A stretch of 64,000 bases of DNA from Chrysomallon squamiferum (GCA_012295275.1 CM022675.1:13516001-13580000); one strand, 5' to 3'; counted from the stretch's first letter, positions 42,053 to 57,830 are shown. Notes: generated from the letters alone by a model not told the origin. Numbers and translations: made by a program.

Positions 42053-42185
42053 TTTTATTTACAACTACGACAATTATTCTACTACCACTTCTACTTTTAT
42101 TATTACTACTTGTAATATTACTACTACTACCACTACTACTACTACTACTATTACTATTATCACCATCACCATCATCATCATCACA
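41880..42185. repeat. (ATT)n then (CTA)n/(CAT)n microsatellite block
   Basis: Visible. Confidence 0.95.
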
Positions 42186-42649
42186 TACATACGACAGTCG
42201 CTCTCAGACAGACCAAACAGCTATCACAATCACAGCACACGTCTTTATTCTCTTTCATCTTCAGTCTTTTCTTCTTCGCTCTTCCACTGACCAAGTTACA
42301 GCCGTCTAGCGTGACACTCGCGTCCAGTAAGAAAGGTTATTACTCGCCAACGGCCACGACGGCAATGCGACGTGAAGACAAGGTCGTGTCAACAGGAAGC
42401 GACCGCCTGCAAGACGTCGCAAGGTCACATGATTCATTAAGCAAGTGGGGTGCGCGTGCATGATTAACTTGTACGTCAGTACTGTTTATGTACGTCTTTG
42501 TCATCGTTGTGACGAAGGCGGCGTGAAATCTGTTCTTGTTCCGATGATTTCCGTCGTGGGGAAGGTTTGCTGAGCTGATGATGATGAAGTCAGCTTGTTA
42601 ATGTGGGGAATGTTTAGTGCCACACAAATACGGTTTTTTTTTTCTATCA

Positions 42650-42800
42650 GCAAATGTTTTTAATATCAACACGTTTTAATATCAACACGTCTTATTATCA
42701 ACACTTTGTTGATACTAGCATGTTTTAATGTCAACGCATTTTGATTTCAACATATTCCTGATATCAAAACGTTTTAATAACATTTTGAAATCAACGGTTT
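42650..42800. repeat. Degenerate 16-bp minisatellite (ACGTTTTAATATCAAC), about 9 copies
   Basis: Two near-perfect copies at 42655-42690, followed by progressively diverged units. Confidence 0.8.
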
Positions 42801-42949
42801 CTAGGGGAGAATCTGTTATGATTCACCAAGCAGATATTTTCAATACTAACCTGTCGTATATACATAGACTGAGTTGCACCTAACATATATATGTCGCGTG
42901 GGGCCGGTTAGAACAGGATATATATACTCACATCCACTCACAGACTCTT

Positions 42950-43190
42950 ACAATCTTTCTCAGCCTTTATCAGTCTTTCTCAATCTCAGTCTTTCTCAAT
43001 CTTTCTCAGCCTTCCTCAGCCTAACTCAGCCTATCTCAGACCTTCTCAGCCGATCTCAATCTTTCTCAGCCGTTCTCAGTCTTTCTCAATCTTTCTCAGC
43101 CTTTCTCAGTGTTTCTCGATCTTTCTCAGCCTTCCTCAGCCTATCTCAGACCTTCTCAGCCGTTCTCAATCTTTCTCAGCCTTTCAGTCT
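42950..43190. repeat. 10-bp minisatellite (CTTTCTCAGC/CTTTCTCAAT), about 24 copies
   Basis: Visible 10-bp phase; explains the SQSFSAFLSL-type ORF at 42874-43323. Confidence 0.92.
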
Positions 43191-43816
43191 ATCTCGTAGT
43201 CTCTCGCTTTCATTCTCAACAAGACTTTCTCAGCGTGTCACAACGTCTCACGTGCTTTCTCACATCGGGAACAAACTGCAACCTCGACATTTCACAGACG
43301 CGTCGCGCGCGCGCACGAACTGACGAATGCGCGTACGTAAAGACGACAGCCCGAGAGATCAGTGAGTAACAGTTATGAAGCTCAGTGCTGTTATTAACCC
43401 TCGGAAGCCATTAGATATCTGTCCAATCTGCGAGTAATCTGCGCGAGGTTCCGTCCACGGCAAGCAAATCGCTAATAAATTATCTACTCTCGTCTGACGT
43501 GTTCCCGACATAACCCGTTTATCGAGGCTGCCTACGTTCCATTAACGGGGATTTCTGTTGAGTGTCTTAGTCACAGAACTGAGGAAGAGTTAAACAACAT
43601 CCTTCTTTGGTTTTAGTCTCTGACATATATTATATATATATATATACAGCATCATTCACAGGTCAGAGGTCAGAGGTCGTATGGGACAGTGCAAGAAGGC
43701 AAAGACGAAAATAGAAAAATCTGTTCGGGTTGACTGTTCGGATCGTAATAGAGAAATACGTGACAGAAAATACTAGTACTTGGAATATATATATACATAC
43801 ATACAGGCATACATTG

Positions 43817-43822
<6 letters not shown>

Positions 43823-43898
<76 letters not shown>
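43823..43898. repeat. Perfect (AT)n microsatellite
   Basis: Visible. Confidence 0.97.
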
Positions 43899-43901
<3 letters not shown>

Positions 43902-45104
43902 TGCATAGACGCAAAAAAAAGGATAAACGGACAGACGCACACATGCATACGCGGACACGGACACACACATATACACACAGACACGTATATATACATCCAT
44001 GCATACATAAATCTATGTGTTGTAAATTTATTTTGTCTGTGGTTTTTTTAATTAATTAACTCTTGCACGTGCACTATGACTAGGTGATGCTGGCTCTGTT
44101 TTTCTTGATGAAATAATTTTGTGTATTATTTATATGAGTTGTTGTTGTAGGCGTGGTAAGAAGGAATCAAGTGAAGATTAACGAGACAGTTAATACAGGT
44201 GTTTCTAATCGAGATCACAGGTATGTTTAATTAATATCAGACAGGTGTTCAAATATGTCGCGCCAGAAGAAGATCACGAATGACCAGACGAAATGGAACA
44301 ACGAATGAATGAGTGTAGAAATGAATGAATGTAGAATGAATGAAAAAAAAAAATTTATATGAATGAAAAGTTAATGAATGTTTGTAGAAATGAAGGAATG
44401 TGTGTATAAACGAAAAAAATGAATGAAAAATTAATGTATGATTTTGGAAATAAAAGAATATATGTATAAATGAAAAAATGAATAAATGAAAGCATGGATA
44501 AATGAATAAATAAATGAAACATGAATAAATGAATAAATGAATGAAAGAAAGAATGAATAAATAAAAGAATGAAAGAAAGAATGAATGAATGAACGTGGAA
44601 ATAAATTGATGAATTAGTTACTGCATGGAAAAAAAAAAAAAAAAAAAAAAAAATAAATGAATATTTAAAGCTAATTCAGATTCGATTATTACTACAGAAA
44701 GATATTACCTCCTGACATCTCCTTCATAATTAGCAATCACTGAACTGAAACGTACTTTGTCGCAGACGATAATTTTGCAAACAGAAACACTTTCTAATTT
44801 TGCGAAGATTTTATTATCTCTTTTCTCTTCTTCTTCTTCTTTTCGCTATCAGTGAATAGCCTGTATCAGTGAATAGCCTGTAAGACTAAGAGCGATCAGA
44901 AGGCGATATTCAGTTGTCATCATGAATACCGCTGACGAACAAGTTCCGTTGTTGTTGTTATTAGTTACCAGAATGTGAAATTTTCCCGCGCGCGCTCTTT
45001 TCTGAGCCAGACGACGAAGCCGCGACGTCTGAGTGAGGCAGGCAGCAACAACTACCTCTTATTAGTGACACGAGTCATCTCTGAAAACTGTCTGGTGACT
45101 TATA

Positions 45105-45490
<386 letters not shown>

Positions 45491-46344
45491 TTATCTTATA
45501 TTTCTCTACTCTATATATATATATCAGTATCTAAATTCTATATTATTATTATCATTATAATCATCATCATCATCATTATCATAATCTTTCCTTTCTTCCG
45601 AAACGACTTTATTGCTACCATCACCGTGATATTCATCATCATCATCATGTTTTTAATTAAATTACAGTCTTGCAAGAAAATGCAAGCAGACGATAAATCA
45701 CTGGAACATAAACGAATCTGTAAATCATTCCTCGACATTTTCTACCTTCTAAATTTCAAAAAGTACGCTAAAATATAGAAGAAAATGATTTGTACCTTTA
45801 TAGAAGGAAAATAAATTACTTTTTACGACTTCCTTATTTTCCTTTTCAATTTTTCTTTTTTTTTTTTTTTTTTTTTTTTTAATTTTATATATATATTTTT
45901 TTTCTTTCATCAAAAACAAACTTGCAACATAAATTATTTACCTCTATAAACGTTACCATAACAACATTTATTAAGTTATTTATTTATAACCAACCACCTG
46001 TTGTTCTGGTAATGACAGAAAAAGGGAGAAATAACTAGAGAAGTAAAATGGTAAGAATTCCACACTTGCCAAGTCACTGAATTATTCACGTCAGAGTTTG
46101 CATTATTAACACACACCTTCGTCTGGCACTGACATCAGAGCGCGTCTGTTAGTCTGTAAGTCTGTGTGTATCTACAAATTATCTTTCTAACAGTTTACAC
46201 ATGTACAGATTATTTTATTTCATTGCATGCGTGTACGTATTTACCGGTATTTATTTATTTGATACAGACACTGTATGAGACATGATGTTTCACAAGCTAT
46301 ATCTGACTTGGTTATACCCGAGCAAAATGAAACATGGTTTCACA

Positions 46345-46933
46345 CGCGCTATGTGAAACATGGTGATATAAAAGCTACATGAAACATGGTGATATACAAA
46401 CTATATGAAACATGGTGTAATACAAGCTATATGAAAAATGCTGATATACAAGCTATATGAAACATGATATATTAGCTATGTGAAACATGATAATATACAA
46501 TCTATATGAAACACGATGATGTACAAGATATATGAAACACGGTGAAGCTATATGAAACCTGGTGATATACAAACTATGAAACATGATGATATACAAACTA
46601 TATGAAACATGGTGAAGCTATATGAAACCTGGTGATATATATGTGAAACATGATGATATACAAGCTATATGAAACCTGGTGATATACAAACTATGTGAAA
46701 CATGATGATTATACAAGCTATATGGGACATGGTGGTATACAAGCTATATGAAACATGGTGATATATATATACAAGCTATATGAAACATGGTGATATATAT
46801 ACAAGCTATATGAAACATGGTGATATACAAGCTATATGAAACATGGTGATATACAAGCTATATGAAACATGGTGATATATATATACAACCTATATGAAAC
46901 ATGGTGATATATATACAAGCTATATGAAACATG
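46345..46933. repeat. ~26-bp minisatellite (GCTATATGAAACATGGTGATATACAA), about 22 copies, with variable internal (TA)n
   Basis: tgaaacatggtgatatacaagctata recurs throughout; short variants (tgaaacacggtgaagctata) and TA-expanded variants are present. Confidence 0.96.
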
Positions 46934-49185
46934 CCGGTGTATATGACTGACGTTAATAAAATAAAGATAACACAAAATCATCTCGACATTCACTCCTCTC
47001 AGCCAGACGACGTATTAATACGCGAAACCGCAGAAAATGTCCTCTGCAGTTTTATCAGGAAACAGGATAAGAGAGGATTTGGGATGTTAACCTATCACAA
47101 GACAAATCCTGTTGTAAGCCGAACCTCGGATTTATTCAGTTCGAGTTTCTCACCAGACGCTTCCACTTATCTTGTTACTTCGCGTCGCTGAACATTATCT
47201 GCTGCTGCTGATATACTGAGCGACAAGAGAAACGCACACGATGCGACTCTGTTTCCCAGGTTTATTTACTTTTATTATTTCTTTATGAAGTAATTCTCCT
47301 ATATAATGTCTCCCTGTTTATGAACCTCCACCCACTGCACACAAAAAAAATATACCATAAAAATACATGAGCCCTTATATAACAAATAAAAAATACAAAA
47401 TACAAAATACAAAAATCGAAATTTTTTATATTTTTCTGTTTTTTTTTTTTTTTTTTTCGTTCTTTTTTATTATATATATAATTAATTTTACTTTTTATTT
47501 TTTAATTAATTTTTTTAATTTTTTAATTTTATTTAATTTTTTTTTTTTATTCTGTTTTATCTTTTTTTTTTTTTTTTTTTTTCAGCCTAAATATATTCTG
47601 TAACCTCTAACTCTATTCGCAATTTTCTTTTCTTTTTATCTTTTATCTTTTTTTTTTTTTTTTTTTTACTTTTGTCGTCACTTCCTAATTTATCTGGCGT
47701 TTTGTGAAGCGTGAGAATTTAAGATGTCTCAACGTAAATTGAATTGTCTTTCACCGAATTTGGGCGACAGCGAAAAACCAGGTCGTATTTTCCTCTAAGA
47801 ACGGAATGACTGCAAATGAAAGTTCGACTCGTTAAAAACACACAATAACCACTTCCATTCCTTCCATTCCTTGCATGAATAGTGTGACCTTCTGCTGCAG
47901 TGTTCAGTATTCATAGCTTGAGCAACAATACCAGTAATATAAGATCTTCCTGTAGGCAGTTTCATACAGTATAGTTATATAGTTGCTCTTGTTGTTGTTG
48001 TTTGTGTGTATTTGGTATGTGTGTTTGTATGATCTAGTACGTAGAAGAAAGTCAGAAATTAAATAAGAGCGTCTTAAAGAAATAAAGTCGAAGCGTATTC
48101 TGTAATTTATATATATATATAATTACATTTTACAGCTGTATATAAAGTTTACAGTTAAAATGTAAATAGTTATTTTACAAGTAAATAAAACTAAGTATTT
48201 AACGGTGAAAACATCGACTTTATTTTTATTTATTTTATTCATACTTTAAACTGTTCCTGCATCCACGCATTGAAACGTGCACATTTTACATCGACTCTAA
48301 TTCTGAAGCCGTTTTCTATTTTTGTCTGACATTTGTACTGAAATATACAAGTGTCACTCTTCCATGACACGTAGAATTCTCAATGACGTCATCAGTTTTA
48401 AGAAAATATTAAAGACGTGTTATCGACTTTTTTTCGTTTTCGTTTTCTTTTCTTTTTTTTTTTTTTTTTTTTTTTTTCTTTCCCCTCATTCATATTTAAA
48501 TATAGAAGCTTCCTTCCAATTTTGTCATCAAATTGTGGATTTTTTTGGTCACACTTCAGTAAACAGCGTGTTTCTCAAGACATACAAGTTCCATTTTTAA
48601 AATATTTATTACGTCATTGAACTGAAAAATGTTAAAGGTCACAAATGATTTATTTATTTATTTTTATTACTATTATTTTTTCTTTTTTCATTAGTTTATA
48701 TTTATTTATATTTTTATTAATTTTATTTATTTTTATTTATTTATTTATTTTTATTTACTTATTTATTTATTTATTTTTGTTTATTTATTTACTACTACTA
48801 CTAGTACACTATTATCACTGTCATTATTAGTTTACATATGACAATTTTATTTTATTTTATTCACTCAGATGTTATCAGTCATAATCACGTGATCATCATT
48901 TCTATCATTCATCTAATCATTTATATCATCACGCATTAGACTGAAAATACTTCACATCATTGCCTTTTTGAACGAAAAAAATTCCCCAACTAATTTTCGA
49001 CTGCCGTTCCATTCATATATTTCATTATCTTTAGGAAATCCGATAACGGGCTGCCCGATTAAGAAATCGGAGTCCTGGTTGCGTGCCTGGGACAAGCCTG
49101 ATTCATTATTTTTATTCCAATTTCAAATTGGGCTATACGATTACATAATGATGGCTCTAAATTGCTTTTTTCTCGACGAGATGTA

Positions 49186-49218
<33 letters not shown>

Positions 49219-50404
49219 TATATGAACAAAAGTACTAAATATATACGTAGATATTTTTGTACTCACATACAGATAGAGAGACAGACAAACAGACATGCAT
49301 CATAGATAGATACATACATATAAAGATACATACATACACATAAGAACTCTTACATGCACAAACATCATGTACAGACATACATACACACATACATATAAAC
49401 GTACAAACTGTCATACATAAACTTTTACATACATACATATATAGTTTCACACACACACGCACACGCAAAAAAAAAAACAATAAAAAACCCAACAATTGTT
49501 TGAACTTTGAAAGAAAATATCAAAAATAAACAACAGTTGCAAGAAAGAACGAACTGTACTCGAATCAACAAACGATATTAACGAATAAATTAAATAGAAA
49601 ATAAACAACAAAAAACAACAAAAAATGCACTGAAAGGTCTTTCTGCCATCATCCAGATATATGAAAATAAAAATAAAAATGATTTACGATTGGCCTTAAA
49701 GATAGCTGACTTTGACAAAAAGTTCCAAACAGAACATAAGAAATTAAAAAATCTACATTAATGACCCGGCGTGCACCGTGCACAAAGGGCAGATGTTGTT
49801 TATTTAGAAGTTTCCGTGAAAAAAAAAATACCTGAACTCGGGATGGGCAGGGAAAAAAGAAAAATAATAAAACAAAGAAAAATAAGAACTTTATAGAAAT
49901 GCACTCAGTAATCCGTTCGATATCTTGATTAGAACTGAATTGACTCGATTAAAAACAAGTAATAAATAAAAATATAAAAAAACTAATGAAAAAAAGACTA
50001 AAAAAAAAAAAAAAAGAAAAAGAAGAAAAGAACACCAATGACAATAACAAAAAATAAAAACAGAAATAGCAACTGTTTTGTCGTTATAATTAATGAAATG
50101 TGTGTGTATGTTTTTGTGTGTGTGTGTGTGTGTGTGTGTTTGTGTGTGTATATACATACATACATATATTTAAAAAAAAAAAAATTCATAAAAAAAAAAA
50201 AAAGGAAAGTAAAGATATGCTGCATTGATCTCCAGAATACTTGGACATTGATTCCGAGTAACTTGAACATTCAATCGAACAGGGTCATCAAGTTCCGTTC
50301 TTAGAAGACGGACTCAAGTGGGGAAACACTCGGTACGATAAAATAACGAGAACCCGCAAAGCCTTTCCCAACCAGCTTCACACTGTCATAATACTGTTAT
50401 AGAA

Positions 50405-50925
<521 letters not shown>

Positions 50926-50994
50926 AGATGTTTAATATCCAAGTTTTGACATTAATTTTTAACATTTTAACCGCAAGTTACGTTAGTACCAGTG

Positions 50995-51042
50995 ATCGTG
51001 TTTTTCCGTATCGTGTTTTTCCGTATCGTGGTTTTCCGTATC
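50995..51042. repeat. 15-bp tandem triplication ATCGTGTTTTTCCGT
   Basis: Three copies, the third with one substitution. Confidence 0.9.
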
Positions 51043-51334
51043 AGCTTGTCGCCATCGACCGGAGAAAAACGCAGCGACGGTTAGCTTGCGGAAGATTTGC
51101 ATTCATTTGACGCCGAATCAATAAACATAAATATAGGGCTGTGTTACTGTTAGTAAAATTAGAATAAAACGAACATGTACAAAAAATAAAAAAATAAAAA
51201 TAAAAATAAAAAAAACGGAAAAAAAGAAGAAGAAAAAATAAATCATTGAAATTATGGGTTGAGTTCGAGCCGCTGATCGAAGTATCACGGAATTACGATA
51301 TTACATGTTCCACCGTATGCTCCGCGTTACTGTG

Positions 51335-51400
51335 CAAACGCATGGATCGAACGCGACCCTATTAGAACGGTACAAAACCTAGTTCTACCCAGTGAACCCG
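51335..51400 (-). mobile_element. Decayed tRNA-like sequence (possible tRNA-derived SINE head or tRNA pseudogene)
   Basis: Minus strand reads GTTC-ACTGGGTA-GAAC (D-arm/A-box-like), TTGTACC (GTA at the anticodon position), GGTCGCGTTCGATCC (B-box-like). No acceptor stem. Confidence 0.3.
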
Positions 51401-51698
51401 CAGATTAGATCGGGATAAATGTTAAAGTTATTTTTTTTAAACTACAGTTTTACACTCGACTGTTTCGTTTTGAAGAGTCTTTTGGGGTTTAAAGTTAAAT
51501 ACAATTAAATCAGGATAAAAGTAATAGTTTTATGTGGGTTTTTTTTTTACTGCAATATGCCTGATCCGATAATGTCAGATATTGTATTAATAATTTATTT
51601 TTACGTCATTTAATACAAAACGACGACAACAACAACCACAATAACAATTGTAATAGTAGAATAATATTAATATTAATAGAAGTAATAATAATAATAAT

Positions 51699-51766
<68 letters not shown>

Positions 51767-52010
51767 TAATAATAATAATAGGGAGAACAAGAAACAGAAA
51801 AAGAAGAAGTAGTAGTAGCAGTGGTAGTAGTAGTAATAATAGTAAAAGTAGTAGTAGAAGAAGCAGAAGAGTAACAGTAATAACAGTTATAATAAATGTA
51901 ACGAAAACAACTCTTAAATCTATATGAAATATATGATATTTGTAAGCATGGCCATTAATTTTTTTTTTTTTTTTTCGGGGAAAAACAATATATATTTTTT
52001 TTTTCTTTTT

Positions 52011-52046
<36 letters not shown>

Positions 52047-52159
52047 TATGTATAATTTGAATTAATTTGAATTAGTTTGTTTTACGTCCGGAATAATAAA
52101 ATCAATCAGGAAAGAGATTAATTTTTAAAATTTATTTTAATTATTTAATTCTTATTTTA

Positions 52160-52226
<67 letters not shown>

Positions 52227-52971
52227 TATTTGTTCTTTCTGTAACATATGACAGAAGTTTATTTATTTGTTTACACGTTTGTTTAGATAATTATTTGTCA
52301 CTTCCACTGCCACAACAACTACCACGGCTACAACTACTAATACTACTTGCACGATTACTACTGCCACACTACTACAACCACACGTTCTACCACTATCGCT
52401 TCTACCACTGCACTGGTTTTATTCGTCTGAAACGCCGACACCTACGTGCGAGACAAAGCTGACTGGGTAACGGTCGAACGTTGTGTTAATTGTGTCGTCT
52501 GCCCGGAATTTCCGTCCCCCGGGGCTCTCGTGCAACTGTCCCCGGCCACGCGGAGTGAGACACTCGCACTTAATTAGGTGATTAGTCACCCAGCTCTTCC
52601 TGGCTGGGTCCTGATGGAGGGGCAGGTGGAAAAGTAAGGGAGGGGATATTAACAGTAAAAATGCTTGTGGGGGGTGTTTACGTTCAAGTTGTTGTTGTTG
52701 TTGGTGGTGGTGGTGGTGTCATTATTGTTGCAGTTTTTATTATCATCATCATCATCATCATCATTATTATTATTACTGTTGTTGTTGTTGTTATTGATAT
52801 TGTTACTGTGGTTTATTGTTATTCTTGTTGTTGATGACTTTGTTATTGTAGTTGCTATTATACAATCTCAGATATTAGATTACAAAAATAAAATTTGAGA
52901 AGGCCATTTAAATAATGTGATCAAAAATAAATATTTTATTACTGAGAAAATATTCATCAGACAAATAAAAC

Positions 52972-53019
<48 letters not shown>

Positions 53020-53831
53020 AGTTATTGACAATGTAAAAACAGTGGAAATATAAAGATACATTATCTAATAAAACCTGATAAACAAATAAACAAATAATAA
53101 TTACACGAATATATTAAACACAAACATCTTATTTTCTGTTGTTCATTTCATACAGAACTAAACACGTGCACATTCAATGACAAATGCACAGCACTAAGTG
53201 CAGGCGCACAAACAGAAATACATGAATGTCATGATAATAAAAAATAGACTGTTCCATTTTTTACAGTGTTACATGATTCTGCAAACTATTAGACAGTCAT
53301 CAGTCAACACCCTATAAATAATCCACCATTGTACATCCCATTGCCTCAAACCTTATCATAATACACCAACCAGTACACCCCTAGTACACCCCCACCTAAA
53401 CACACCCAGTATTGTAACAACGTTTGCATACCCATTATTATTCACCGTATTACTAAATACCTAATACAATATATCGTCCACTGCAAATCACATAACTACA
53501 CGTCCACAACACAGGCTGTTTTAAAACCCTCACTCGCCCCCTTAATTACAAACCATGCATAATACAGGAACCCTGTTTAAAAACACACACCCCAAAAGAC
53601 ACGTTTTATAATTCCAATTTTAGTTTTTGAATGACTGTCTGGGTTTTTCCCTTTTAAAAAAAAAAAAAAAAAAAAAAGCCCATAAAACTATTCATTCTGG
53701 AAATAAAATGCTAGACTTTACAGTTACATCGGTTATTAATACTATCATAAGACGATGAAAAGAAGATGAAAAGAAGAAGAAAGAAGAAAGGAGATAAACA
53801 AATGAAGATGATGACCATGAATAATAATAAT

Positions 53832-53863
<32 letters not shown>

Positions 53864-53891
53864 ATGATGATGACGAAGAAGAAGAAGGCGG

Positions 53892-53928
<37 letters not shown>

Positions 53929-55484
53929 AAAAATTAAAAAAATATTGAACGTCAAACGAGTAGATCGGAATCTGACGTAATCGTTATGCTAATCTTGCTA
54001 TGACATAAACAAAAAAAAGTCACAAATACCTTACAGCAGACGTCAGCAGTGTTCCCGTCACAACGAAGTCCAAACGAGCGTCTTGGATTTATCCAGTTTT
54101 TGCGAAACCTTTTCTCTTGCCTGACAGCATCATGCGGAATAACCCAACGTTGTTCCAGATTTGGACGAAGAATCAATAAATAATGTGTCAACCACGCCGG
54201 CAACTGTATTGATATTATTCCGTTTTGTTAAGCTGCGACGTAGGTTTTGTACGTCTGAAATTTTTTTTAAACTTAACTTAGAAACGTAACTAATTGCGTA
54301 GCCTGTACGTAACAGTGTGTAATGTTCAGTTAAAAAATTCTTTTTTAAAAATTGTGAGATTTTCTTTTTCTCTCTCTCTCTCTTTTTCCCGAGTTTAAAT
54401 ATGAAATATTTTATTTTCGCTGCAAGAAGGAAGAGAAATGAATGAGAGAGACCCGGTGAAACAGAACGCTCGCTAACAACTACAATAACGATCGGCGGAG
54501 ATGTTCTACAATCGTGTATTTTCGTCAGTTATCGGAAAAGACGATTTCTGATTCAGCGGCCGACAGCCGATGTGGATTTTTGCTACGAGCGTTATTCCAA
54601 TGAAGAGATCGCTATCTCGAGTACACGATGTTTATTGGACGCTTCCACAGTGCAAGATCAAAGTGCAGAGCAAACAAGACAAATGGAAAAATGCCCCGAT
54701 TTTCCATAAGTAATGACGCCGATTCGGAGACGGTTGTTTTCGGTCGTTTGCTGTCGCGATCAAATCCTATCGTTTCTAGACCCGTTATTCTTTGAAGAGT
54801 GAAGAAAACAGTCTGTAGGGTTGGGGGATGGTAAATAAAATGGGAGATATCATCGGTCTTATTGTGAAAATTTAATTTTGTTTTGTGGAAATACTGGCTC
54901 TGTTCACTGGTGTAATGATGAACTGGGTTAGTCTAGGAATGAAGAGTCACTGTATTAAAAGTTATTTGTTGATTACAACAACTGAAAAAAAAAAAGGGCA
55001 CCATCGGGGGGATGGTTTATTTGCTATATCAAAGGAAGTCGATATTTAATTTTACATTTTTTTTTTTTTTTTTAAAATCCGTCTCTTTAAGAAGACGATG
55101 CTGTACAAGAAGTAAAAGAAAGAAAAAAGAATTAAACAAAGAAAAAGAAAGAAAAAAGAAGTAAAAGAATAAAAAAAAGAAAGAAAGGAAGAAATGGAGA
55201 TAAACAGGAATGAATAAAGAAAGGGGAAAAAAAAATTTTATTTTTGTTGCTGTTATTTATTTACTTATTTATTTACTTATTTATCTGTCTCTCTAAGTGT
55301 CTATTTTTTATTCTTTTTGTTGATCTTGGTGATGATGCTTGTAATGAGGTTTTAATGTGTGGTTTTTTGTGGGGTTTTGTGTGTGTGTGTTCTGATAATT
55401 ACTGGTTTTGTATATCTTCAAAATGAACGAGATTGATCTTTTTCAGAGGGAGACGAATAGAATGGATGATGCTGAGAAATAGAT

Positions 55485-55485
<1 letters not shown>

Positions 55486-55549
<64 letters not shown>
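55486..55549. repeat. (GA)n microsatellite
   Basis: Visible. Confidence 0.96.
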
Positions 55550-55552
<3 letters not shown>

Positions 55553-55807
55553 AAAAAAGATGTTTATTTCCAAGGACTTTTATTAATTAATTATTTTATT
55601 TACTTATTTATTTATTAACTGGTATTCCTCTTTTTACGATTATTGTTTATTTAATGCCTATGCAGAAGCGCTTGTTCAGTATGGATATGCAGCAATGTTT
55701 GATGATAATTATTTCTGATTCTCTTTGATAGTTCCAGTCTCATGAGAAACATTACAGAAGATATCTGTGTGTTGCCGCGTCAGATTTCACTTAATGTAAT
55801 TACGTGT

Positions 55808-55860
55808 GCCGCGAGGTTATACCGCGAGGTCAAGGTCATACCGCGAGGTCACACCGCGGA
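55808..55860 (+). promoter_or_regulatory. Short CCGCGAGGTYA repeat forming clustered nuclear-receptor-type half-sites
   Basis: AGGTTA 55814, AGGTCA-AGGTCA 55827-55838, AGGTCA 55846. Sequence seen; function inferred. Confidence 0.3.
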
Positions 55861-56104
55861 GAACCAACGAGATTCGAGATATCCACGGACACTTCGAGAT
55901 ATGCACGGACAGAAACTATGCAAAGCGTAAAGCTGGGGTTGCTGACTTTTTGGGGGTTTTATCTATGAGAACATCGTTGAAGCATGTTTGTTGTGGGTAG
56001 ATAATATTCTAAAAAAGTGTCTGTACATGAAAAGATAAAGTGATATCGGTTATTTCGAGCATTTTGGGTATATGCAGATAAGTCATTGGTGTTGGTTAAT
56101 ATTT

Positions 56105-56143
<39 letters not shown>

Positions 56144-57072
56144 TTTGGTTTGTTGGTTTCTTGGTTTCTTGTTGTTGTTGTTGATTTCTTTTCTTTTCTG
56201 GTGTTTTGTTTTGATAAATAAATAATCAGGCAAACAAACAAACGTAATTAATTAATTAATTAAGAAACAAGTGAATAAACAAACAAATATTTAAATCCAG
56301 CAAAACGTAGCAAGTTGATTTCATGACACGCTATAATATAATGTAATGAAATATATTTAGAATTAAAAAAAAAAAAAAAAAAAAAAAAAATTCAAAAAAA
56401 TATTCAAAAGTTAAAAATCATATTATTCTATAGTCAGGGAAGCGAAAACAACTTCCTGTCAGATTCTGTTTTGTAATTCCTCCTCTCTGATGCGTCACAA
56501 ATGAGACAAAATACATCCCAGCGAATCATTTTTAAAAATCCATCATTTTCTAAACTCGAGTCAAGCTGGCAGCAAAACTTAATCCATGCGTGAACAGCGG
56601 TTTTATCCTGCGAAATGAAATATTGGACAAACGCGCGAAGATGTGTGATCCGAGATGATGCCAACGTGATCTGCAAATACAATCTCGAGATTTTAAGTCG
56701 AAGGAAGAATTTTTTTTTTTTTTTTTTTTTTTTTTGGACGATGTGATTTGAAATAGAAGTCTCTTTCTGAACACTAATCTTTCTGCGAAACCCGAAGAAG
56801 ACGAAGAAGAAGAAAGAAGAAGAAGAAGAAGAAGAAAGAAGAAGAAGAAGAAGAAGAACGAAAAAAAGAAGAAGAGGAATGAAGAACAAGAAGATGATGA
56901 TGATGGCAGTGATGATGATGATGAAAGACGATATAAAAACGAAGATGATGATGATAATGGTCGTCATGATCATGACAGATATGATGGACATAAAAAAGAA
57001 GAAAAAAGAAGATTAATACAATAATGTAGTTTATTGTTTATATTGAATATATGGCAATACAAATAAACATAA

Positions 57073-57103
<31 letters not shown>

Positions 57104-57830
57104 CAGTGATAATGATGACACACAAACAGGACTGCGTAAAGAATAAGAAATTTTAAATCTTTCCGTCTCACTGTCTCGTTCTCGTTTTCTTTGTTTATCG
57201 ATTTATCTATCTATCTTACTCTCTCTCACTTTTGCGTTCTCTCTTTCTATCACAATCATTTTTTTTTTAATATCCATCTACATCTCTCTATGTATCTTTC
57301 TACCTATCTGCTTCTGTCTGTCCATCTTCGTATGTCTTCCACTTTCTCTTAGACACGCACATACGCACTCACGTCTACACGGTTCACTGGGTTCACGACT
57401 AATAAGCGCAGAACTGTCAGCTGACCAGTACCTATTAAAGAAACATGACTTTGTACTTGGTCAGCGACCGGACATTGTGACCCTCCCCCCACCCACGGCC
57501 ATTTCTTCGTCACACGGGAGGGAGTCATTACCGGACAGAACTGACGCTTTCCTCTGAAGCCGGTTTTCCGCTCGTCCGGTCAGTGGCGGGTCACTCGGTT
57601 CTCGACGTCTGTTTAGGAAACCGCAGTTTAGAAGCGTAATAGGACTGGATATCAGTCTGATTAACGAAGATGTCCGAAACTGCTCTCGTGTTTTTCCGTA
57701 CATTCAGTTCCGATGCGCGATGAATGACGTTTTAAGAAATTGGATTTGGTTTCTTTACTGGTAAGGTGTAGTACTGACAAGACATTGTCGACGATAATGA
57801 ATATCGCAATGATGTTGTTTAATGTGCTGG

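Noticed and set aside
42874-43323. 149-aa ORF with SQSFSAFLSL repeats
   Set aside because: Explained by the 10-bp minisatellite; the period is not a multiple of 3 and the start is non-ATG.
52528-52550. TGCAACTGTCCCGGCC resembles miR-92
   Set aside because: The seed (ATTGCAC) is not matched and no complementary 5' arm is present.
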